Shown in pieces: positions 57,739 to 64,000 of a stretch of 64,000 nt of DNA (position 1 is the stretch's first letter; every line of letters starts with the position of its first letter). Source of the DNA: an uncultured Bacilli bacterium (lineage in GTDB: Bacteria; Bacillota_I; Bacilli_A; RF39; UBA660); contig CAKOSA010000003.1 of the NCBI GenBank assembly GCA_934101865.1, forward strand, positions 4,940-68,939, written 5' to 3'. A model generated the notes under the pieces. That model saw only the letters and a list, made by a program, of their open reading frames with translations. It ran no database searches and was not told the origin of the DNA. A program made the translations under genes and the position numbers.

Positions 57739-59912
57739 TAGTTTACCTTTCTTTCAACTTTTTTTATGTATTTCATATTATTTAGAGCGGTAATGAATTT
57801 ATCTAGGGTTTCGGTATTGGGGGTCATTACCGTCATTTGATATATTTTATTTTCACCTTTATTTATGGTTTCTATTCTATCTATGGTGATGTTATTACTG
57901 CTCGCCTTGGTAATGATGTCAACTAATTTATCTCTGGTTTCAGTATAGATGAGGATGTCCGTAGGATAACTTTTATGACATTCGGGATTCCAATGGACGT
58001 TTATTAGTCTTTCATCGAGGTTTACGACGTTATAGCAACTACTTCTATGAATAGTGATACCGCTTCCTTTGGTGATGTAGCCGATGATACTGTCCCCCGG
58101 TATGGGTTTGCAACAACCGGATATAGTGGTTTTTATGTCGTCAAGGCCCTCGACCAAAATGGCATCTTTGGTATTTTCGTCCTTGTTTTTGGGTTGTTTC
58201 TTGGGGCTTTGTGGTTGGAGTTTGAATATTTTGGGAATGCTCCATTTTGGTTCTTTATTTTTGATTATTTTGATAACGGCGGTGATGGCTACTTTACCAC
58301 TTCCAAGGGCTATATATAGTTCGTCAAGGTCTTTTAGTTTTAGTTCTTCTAGTATTTCGGGAAGATTTTTATTTAGGGTTTCGTTAATTGGCATATTCTT
58401 CTTACGGAACTCTTTTTCGAGAATTTCGAGACCCTTAGCGAGATTTTCGTCCTTTTCTAATTTGCTATAATATGATTTTATTTTATTTTTGGCCTGAGAT
58501 GTTATTACAAAGTTTAACCAGTCTTTGCTTGGTTTAGAATTTTTATTGGTATTGACTTTGATGATATCGCCAGTTTTGAGGACGTAGTTTAGGGGGACTA
58601 TTTTATCGTTGACAACGGCTCCCGTCATTGTGTCCCCTACTTCACTGTGAACTTTGTAGGCAAAATCGACAGGGGTTGCTCCTTCGGGCATTTCTATGAC
58701 ATCTCCCTTTGGGGTGTACACATATATAGAACTTGTGGTTAGGATATCTTTTTTTATGCTTGTTATAAATTCTTCGGGAGTTTTGGTATCTTCATTTAGT
58801 TCTATTATACTACGAAAGATTTGGAGTTTTTGTTCCATTGCATCTTTGGTATTTACGGCTTTATTTTCTTTGTAAGCAAAATGGGACGCTATTCCGTATT
58901 CGGCGATTTGGTCCATTTCGTAAGTTCTTATTTGGATTTCGAATAGTTGGCCATACACACCAAAGACTGTTGTATGAAGACTTTGATAAAGGTTAGTTTT
59001 GGGCATCGCTATATAGTCTTTAAATCTTTTGGGAACGGGTTTATATTTGGAATGAATAAGACCGAGAGCTAGGTAACATTCTTGTTTTGTATCTACTAGG
59101 ATACGAAGGGCGAGGATGTCATAAATGTCATCAAATCTTTTGCCTTTATTCATTTTGGTATATATGCTATAAATACTTTTACTTCTTCCTTTTATTTCGT
59201 GCTTAATGTTATGTTCATCTAATAATTTGGATACTTCGCTAAGCATTTCACCTACGGCTTTATCGCGTTCCGTTTTCTTTAAGTTTAGTTTTTCGACGAT
59301 ATCATAATATGCTTCGGGTTTAGAATATCTTAGAGATAGGTCTTCTAGTTCACTTTTTATTTTATATATTCCTAGACGATGAGCAACGGGTGTTAGTATT
59401 TCAAGCGTTTCCTTGGCTTTTTTCTTTTGCTTTTCGAGAGGCATTACATAAAGGGTACGCATATTATGAAGGCGGTCAGCTAATTTGATGATAATTACTC
59501 TTACGTCTTCGGCAAGGCCGACAAGGATTTTCCGCTGGTTAGCAGCCATTTGTTCTGACTCGGAAGTGAAACTTATTCTATTTATTTTGGTTACACATTC
59601 AACAAGATTAGCTACTTCTTCATCGAATAGTTTACTTATTTCTTCATAAGTTCCGTCGGAGTCTTCGATAGTATCGTGAAGAAGGGCTGCACATATTGCT
59701 TTATAATCAGAGTTTATATCGGTTAAAATAAGGGCAACATTTAAGGGATGCTGGATATAGTCATCTCCGGTTATTCTTTTTTGATTGAAGTGCTTACTGT
59801 TTGCATATTCGTAAGCTTTCCTTATCATATCTAGATGCTCTTTATTATCGTCATATTCTTTTACTTTGTCTAAAAGGTTATCTATTGTTAAATTGTAATT
59901 TTTCTTTGCCAT
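57738..59912 (-). CDS. relA: Bifunctional (p)ppGpp synthetase/hydrolase Rel
   Basis: 724 aa. HD hydrolase domain (HDTIEDS), synthetase domain (YKPVPKRFKDYIAMPK..YQSLHT), TGS and ACT regions. Confidence 0.95.
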   Translation of the reverse strand: MAKKNYNLTIDNLLDKVKEYDDNKEHLDMIRKAYEYANSKHFNQKRITGDDYIQHPLNVALILTDINSDYKAICAALLHDTIEDSDGTYEEISKLFDEEVANLVECVTKINRISFTSESEQMAANQRKILVGLAEDVRVIIIKLADRLHNMRTLYVMPLEKQKKKAKETLEILTPVAHRLGIYKIKSELEDLSLRYSKPEAYYDIVEKLNLKKTERDKAVGEMLSEVSKLLDEHNIKHEIKGRSKSIYSIYTKMNKGKRFDDIYDILALRILVDTKQECYLALGLIHSKYKPVPKRFKDYIAMPKTNLYQSLHTTVFGVYGQLFEIQIRTYEMDQIAEYGIASHFAYKENKAVNTKDAMEQKLQIFRSIIELNEDTKTPEEFITSIKKDILTTSSIYVYTPKGDVIEMPEGATPVDFAYKVHSEVGDTMTGAVVNDKIVPLNYVLKTGDIIKVNTNKNSKPSKDWLNFVITSQAKNKIKSYYSKLEKDENLAKGLEILEKEFRKKNMPINETLNKNLPEILEELKLKDLDELYIALGSGKVAITAVIKIIKNKEPKWSIPKIFKLQPQSPKKQPKNKDENTKDAILVEGLDDIKTTISGCCKPIPGDSIIGYITKGSGITIHRSSCYNVVNLDERLINVHWNPECHKSYPTDILIYTETRDKLVDIITKASSNNITIDRIETINKGENKIYQMTVMTPNTETLDKFITALNNMKYIKKVERKVN

Positions 59913-60000
59913 TTTACATCACCTACTCAATATAATTATATACCAATTTATTGTTTTTTTAAAGTTATTTTAATGATTTTTTAATGAAACGAGGTTTTTA

Positions 60001-61074
60001 TTATTCTTGAAGCCAGTTTATATAGTTATCTATGTATTTTTTGGTTTCAAAGCCGTGGCCTTCATTTTCTAAATAATTTTGGGTAATATTGGTATTTGTT
60101 TCTTCACATTTTTTTAGATACTTATTTATTTCTTCTGTTCCTACCATTCGGTCTTTACCGCCATAACTTATGTATTGTTTAATATTAGAAGATGAGAAGT
60201 GCTTAATATTGTCGGTTTTATCTAAGAGGCTAGTTCGAGTTTGGTCTTCTTTTACATCTTTACTTGGAAACATTGCAAAGAGCATTGTTGGATTATTATT
60301 AAAGGTTATGGCTGGATATATCATTGCTGCTTTGGTTATGGTATCATCTTCTAAGTCGATATTGTCTTGGGAATATTCTTCACTAAATAAATTTTTCCCC
60401 ATTATTTGGTTTATATAAGTACTTACGACGTTACCGCCAGCAGAGAAACCAACAATACTGATGTCGTCTTTATCTATTTGATATTTCTCGCTGTTATATT
60501 TTATATATCTTATGGCTCTTTGTAAATCTAAGTAACTGATTGGCCACTCGTAGGGGTTAGAGCGATAATGGAGAAGAAAGGCATTTATTCCGTGTTTATT
60601 TAATTCAAGGGCTACGTCTTTACTTTCTTTGGTTTCTCCATCCATTGATTTATAGATAAAGCCACCTCCACTTATGATAATTACGGCTTTGGTACTTTTA
60701 TTTGTTAGATATGGTATTATATAGGGTTCGTCCTCGTAAGTTGTTTTTTCGTACCCCCCTTTTATCTCATAGTAGTATGTTAGGGTGTCGATATCTTTCT
60801 CGACATCTTTGTAGTCGCCGGTGAGAATATCCCAGAATTTCATTGCACTTTTTATTAAGTCACTGTTATAGTCGATGTTCATACTTTCTAATTTGCTAGC
60901 AGAACTATTTCCATATACGGTGGTCCAAATGTTTTCTTTTTGGGAGTAGTCTTCGACTGGCCCGAGAATGTAGCCGGTTTGGTCAGCTCTTTTATAGAAG
61001 GCTAGGATAAGGATTGTTACTATTAGGGCAATGATAAGAATAGTAATTAGGATATGTTTTATTATTTTTTTCAT
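60001..61074 (-). CDS. Membrane-anchored alpha/beta hydrolase (esterase/lipase type)
   Basis: N-terminal TM helix. SGGGF oxyanion-type motif and the GFSAGG nucleophile elbow (GxSxG). Confidence 0.75.
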   Translation of the reverse strand: MKKIIKHILITILIIALIVTILILAFYKRADQTGYILGPVEDYSQKENIWTTVYGNSSASKLESMNIDYNSDLIKSAMKFWDILTGDYKDVEKDIDTLTYYYEIKGGYEKTTYEDEPYIIPYLTNKSTKAVIIISGGGFIYKSMDGETKESKDVALELNKHGINAFLLHYRSNPYEWPISYLDLQRAIRYIKYNSEKYQIDKDDISIVGFSAGGNVVSTYINQIMGKNLFSEEYSQDNIDLEDDTITKAAMIYPAITFNNNPTMLFAMFPSKDVKEDQTRTSLLDKTDNIKHFSSSNIKQYISYGGKDRMVGTEEINKYLKKCEETNTNITQNYLENEGHGFETKKYIDNYINWLQE

Positions 61075-61083
61075 AGCGGGCTC

Positions 61084-62190
61084 CTAGTTACAAGTGTCTA
61101 TGATAAGAGGGATGTATATTTCGTCGTCTGTATATCCGGCGTGATGAGATGTGTGATAGCTTTCACCATATATTAGAGCGATATTTGCTTTGGCTATGGC
61201 TATATAGTCCCCTAGGGCACTTTCGAAAATGGGGTTTTGAGGGCCACTACCGAAAAGAGAGTTTTGGATTATTTCGTCTTTGGGATAGAGGTCGAAAGTG
61301 TCTTTAAAGTGCATATTAAAAATGGATGGAAATTGGTCTTTTTTATTGGGCTTAATGAAGAAATTTACAGCACGGGGCTCGATGGACGTGGTTCGTTCTA
61401 GGCAGGTGGTTATATCGGGATAATTGTTTAAATCTTCATTATTAACAAGGATATGGCCGTGGTCGGCGAGGACTATAATTACGGCATTTTGGAGGTTTTT
61501 GCTCAGCTCCTCTACTTTGTGATTTCTATATCTTATGAGGTCTTTTACTTCCTTACTATCTGGTCCTAAATCGTGCATAAGCATATCGGGTTCGTCGTCA
61601 TAGGCATAGATATATTTCCGGCCAGATGTTTTGCAAAGTGCATCTATTTTATTTATCATATCATCTAAATCTGTATAGGCATTTTCGCCGAAGGGAAAGA
61701 GCTTGTAAGCTTTGTATTTTCCTTGCTCGTTTATTTCATCAATTATGGTTTTATCTTTCATATATTTTTCTTTGAAGGCTTTAGCTTCTTTTAAAGGGGT
61801 CCTAGTCTTATCGCCTTTAAGGCACTCTTCATAAACAGTAATTGTTTTGTCTAGGTCTTTAAAATACATATTCCAACCTAGCATACCGCTTTCAACGGGA
61901 TTTAGGCCGGTTAGGATACTTGTTGTTGCGGCGACAGTAGTGGCGGGGAAAACGGTTGTTAGATTTCTTACTTTATGCTGACGGAAATAGCTGTCCTTGC
62001 TTAAAGTTCTATCTAATATATTGGCTCCCATTCCGTCAAATAGGATGACTATGACATTTTCGGGATTTTTCTCTTTTAAAATATCATCGACCTCTTTTAG
62101 GGTATTGTGGCTTGTCGTTAAATCAAAATATTTTCTAATAGAACAAGCTACATTGGTTATACATTCGTTATAATTATTCTTTACTTTCAT
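61084..62190 (-). CDS. Alkaline-phosphatase-superfamily phosphodiesterase/nucleotide pyrophosphatase-like protein
   Basis: 368 aa. FDGMGANILD, TFPATTVAATTS (Thr nucleophile region) and LADHGH metal-ligand motifs. Confidence 0.75.
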   Translation of the reverse strand: MKVKNNYNECITNVACSIRKYFDLTTSHNTLKEVDDILKEKNPENVIVILFDGMGANILDRTLSKDSYFRQHKVRNLTTVFPATTVAATTSILTGLNPVESGMLGWNMYFKDLDKTITVYEECLKGDKTRTPLKEAKAFKEKYMKDKTIIDEINEQGKYKAYKLFPFGENAYTDLDDMINKIDALCKTSGRKYIYAYDDEPDMLMHDLGPDSKEVKDLIRYRNHKVEELSKNLQNAVIIVLADHGHILVNNEDLNNYPDITTCLERTTSIEPRAVNFFIKPNKKDQFPSIFNMHFKDTFDLYPKDEIIQNSLFGSGPQNPIFESALGDYIAIAKANIALIYGESYHTSHHAGYTDDEIYIPLIIDTCN

Positions 62191-62262
62191 AATTCCTCCT
62201 TATGTATTTTCATTTTACCAAATTTATGATTAATTGTCACTAATTTTAGAAAAAAAAGAAAG

Positions 62263-63489
62263 TTATTTTTTTATAATCTTTCTTTGACTTTGGTTATTAT
62301 TTTTTAAATTTTCTATATCTTGGGTGGTTATTTCCCCAGAAATATACATTTTTTTTACAATACTATATACTTTATAGACGAGTGGTAAGTTGGATAATTC
62401 GATATAGTCGATGATGTTGGTTTTGTCCGCAGTACTTAAATATCTATCTTGAAGTTTTATTTCGGATGAGTATATTGTTTCTTTACTTATGGGTCTAAAA
62501 GCACTTTTATCGTTTAATCTTTGGGTTCTTATATAGACAATTATGGTTACATAATCTAGTTCCGGTGTTTTTCTTAAATACTGAATGGTTTTGGAATAAA
62601 ACTCACCAGTTGTTCTAAGAGCTACTTCTTCCCTATTTATGAATGGAGCTCTTTTTAGAAATTCTAGGGTGTTAAATGGTGTTCCGTCGGGAAGTTTGCC
62701 AGTTTTGATACCAATTGTTAATTCGTTATATGTTTTTATTAATTTTTCATTACGTATTTGGGATAGGATTTGTGATTTTGCTTGGTATTTTTTTGATAAT
62801 TCAACATCTAGTTCATCAATTACTTCGGCATAATATGATAGTTGTTCTTCGGTAAGGTTCTGTTCTTTTAGGAATTCTTCTTTACTTGATGCGTTTAAAA
62901 AGGTCTTTATTATATAACGGGCGTTAGAATAGTTTTTGTTATATTCTTCTATTTCTGTTAAATATGCTACTTCGGCAAATAGGCCTTGTTCTTCATACCC
63001 TTTAAGGGTATTATACATTTTATCAAAGTTTGTAAGGGCTATATGGGCTTTTTTTATTAGGTTATCTTTGAAGGTATAGTTTACAAACTGGGTATATGAT
63101 TTTCGGAACTTTTCGACACTATCAAATAGTTGTGAGAATTTTTTTATTCTAAGATATGGATTATCGGTTGTATTAAATATGCTCCATAGTTCATTTATTT
63201 TTGATAGTCTGATTTCTATTTCTTCGGTACTGCATCTATAAATGTTATTGTTGAATGGAAAATAGCCTTTTTTATCAAATTTATCATATATTGTTTTTAA
63301 TTTTTGTAAATAGCGTAATTCTTTCATTCCTAGTTTTTTGTAACATTCTATACTTTTATTTAATTTTGTGTAATTGCATAGGCGGTATAGTTTTTTGGCT
63401 AAATATTCTTCATCATCTTGGTACATAGTTGTGGCTATGTCCATTAATAGGTAGACATCGTCTACTAATAAGATATCTTGGTTATTCAT
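62263..63489 (-). CDS. Hypothetical helical protein
   Basis: 408-aa ORF with a GGGGGAG SD and its own consensus promoter. No motif recognised. Confidence 0.5.
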   Translation of the reverse strand: MNNQDILLVDDVYLLMDIATTMYQDDEEYLAKKLYRLCNYTKLNKSIECYKKLGMKELRYLQKLKTIYDKFDKKGYFPFNNNIYRCSTEEIEIRLSKINELWSIFNTTDNPYLRIKKFSQLFDSVEKFRKSYTQFVNYTFKDNLIKKAHIALTNFDKMYNTLKGYEEQGLFAEVAYLTEIEEYNKNYSNARYIIKTFLNASSKEEFLKEQNLTEEQLSYYAEVIDELDVELSKKYQAKSQILSQIRNEKLIKTYNELTIGIKTGKLPDGTPFNTLEFLKRAPFINREEVALRTTGEFYSKTIQYLRKTPELDYVTIIVYIRTQRLNDKSAFRPISKETIYSSEIKLQDRYLSTADKTNIIDYIELSNLPLVYKVYSIVKKMYISGEITTQDIENLKNNNQSQRKIIKK

Positions 63490-63515
63490 AGTCTCCCCCT
63501 TTGTGACTGGGATTT

Positions 63516-63544
63516 ATTATAGCATAAAAGCAAACATTTGTCAA
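63516..63544 (-). promoter_or_regulatory. Consensus sigma-A promoter
   Basis: Minus strand reads TTGACA-17 nt-TATAAT with a TGc extended -10, 26 nt upstream of the ATG at 63489. Confidence 0.65.
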
Positions 63545-63554
63545 ATAGCAATTT

Positions 63555-64000
63555 TTATTTCCAAGGATTATTGGTATCAGGGTCAGTTGGGTCCCAATCT
63601 TTATTTGGACTGTTTGTATCTATCTTAGGAAAATCTGGTTTGGAGACCCCATAGGGCAATGTTCCACTTTCATAAATGTATACAGTTGTGCCAGTTGGAA
63701 CGTTGTCAAATATCCATTTGCTGTCTTGAACTGTTAGTCTTACACATCCAGCAGATGCAGTTGTTCCTAGCTTGTTATACTCGTCATATTCGAGGGATGC
63801 GGGGTCGTAGTACCTGTAATATGGGACGGAGTGAAAGAGGATATCTCCATATATAAAAGTGGAATAGCGGGCAAAAACGCCCCCGATTACAGTTCCCCAT
63901 TCATAGCCTGTTTTAGTATTGAATACGCCGGTTGGGGTATTGGTTCCGACGGAGCATATAAATGTTTTGAGGAGTTTTGTGTAGTTGCCATTTTCTTTTG
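63555..64000 (-). CDS. L,D-transpeptidase (YkuD domain), 5'-truncated by the window edge
   Basis: Hand translation gives ...FHSVPYY...GTTASAGCVRLTVQDSKWIF...PWK*, with the HS...SxGCVRL catalytic signature. Not in the ORF track because no start lies in the window. Confidence 0.8.
   Translation of the reverse strand, partial: KENGNYTKLLKTFICSVGTNTPTGVFNTKTGYEWGTVIGGVFARYSTFIYGDILFHSVPYYRYYDPASLEYDEYNKLGTTASAGCVRLTVQDSKWIFDNVPTGTTVYIYESGTLPYGVSKPDFPKIDTNSPNKDWDPTDPDTNNPWK

Overview
Visibly AT-rich, low-GC Firmicutes-type chromosomal segment; GC was not computed. Sporulation genes are present: gerE, gerM-like, spoIIIAH-like, an alpha/beta SASP and a SpoIIAA-like/sigma-F-family pair. This suggests a spore-forming Erysipelotrichia- or Clostridia-like organism, but the taxon cannot be fixed from the sequence alone. 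I call about 66 protein genes and 5 tRNAs, almost all on the minus strand and tightly packed, with many 1-14 nt overlaps. Most of it is housekeeping: secDF, glyQS, rimM-trmD, gpmI, hrcA-grpE-dnaK-dnaJ, an M16 peptidase pair, deoD, thiI, uvrC, mscL, gltX, dtd-relA. One long operon appears to link a HAD hydrolase, a polar amino-acid ABC importer and the arginine deiminase pathway (arcA-arcB-arcC). I saw no CRISPR array, transposase, integrase, rRNA or recognisable defence gene. Items for a second look: (1) a dispersed palindromic motif family built on the half-site AAAAWCTGCA, found both as ~40-nt intergenic terminator-like elements and as in-frame intragenic copies that each encode ADFQ(K/N)L; (2) an amidoligase plus two-TM membrane protein cassette at the 3' side of a tRNA cluster; (3) an unlisted 22-codon sORF with a strong SD upstream of a zincin-like protein whose HExxH reads HKxxH; (4) a 0.7-kb ORF-free repeat-rich region between hrcA and a sigma/XRE cluster; (5) changes to the dnaK operon (Cys-rich tandem-repeat extension on GrpE, an extra gene between grpE and dnaK, two variant CIRCE-like operators); (6) an arcC-arcE in-frame fusion that keeps an internal SD; (7) a SpoIIAA-like/sigma pair with no anti-sigma kinase gene. 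All functional calls rest on motif and family recognition by eye. No database search was run.
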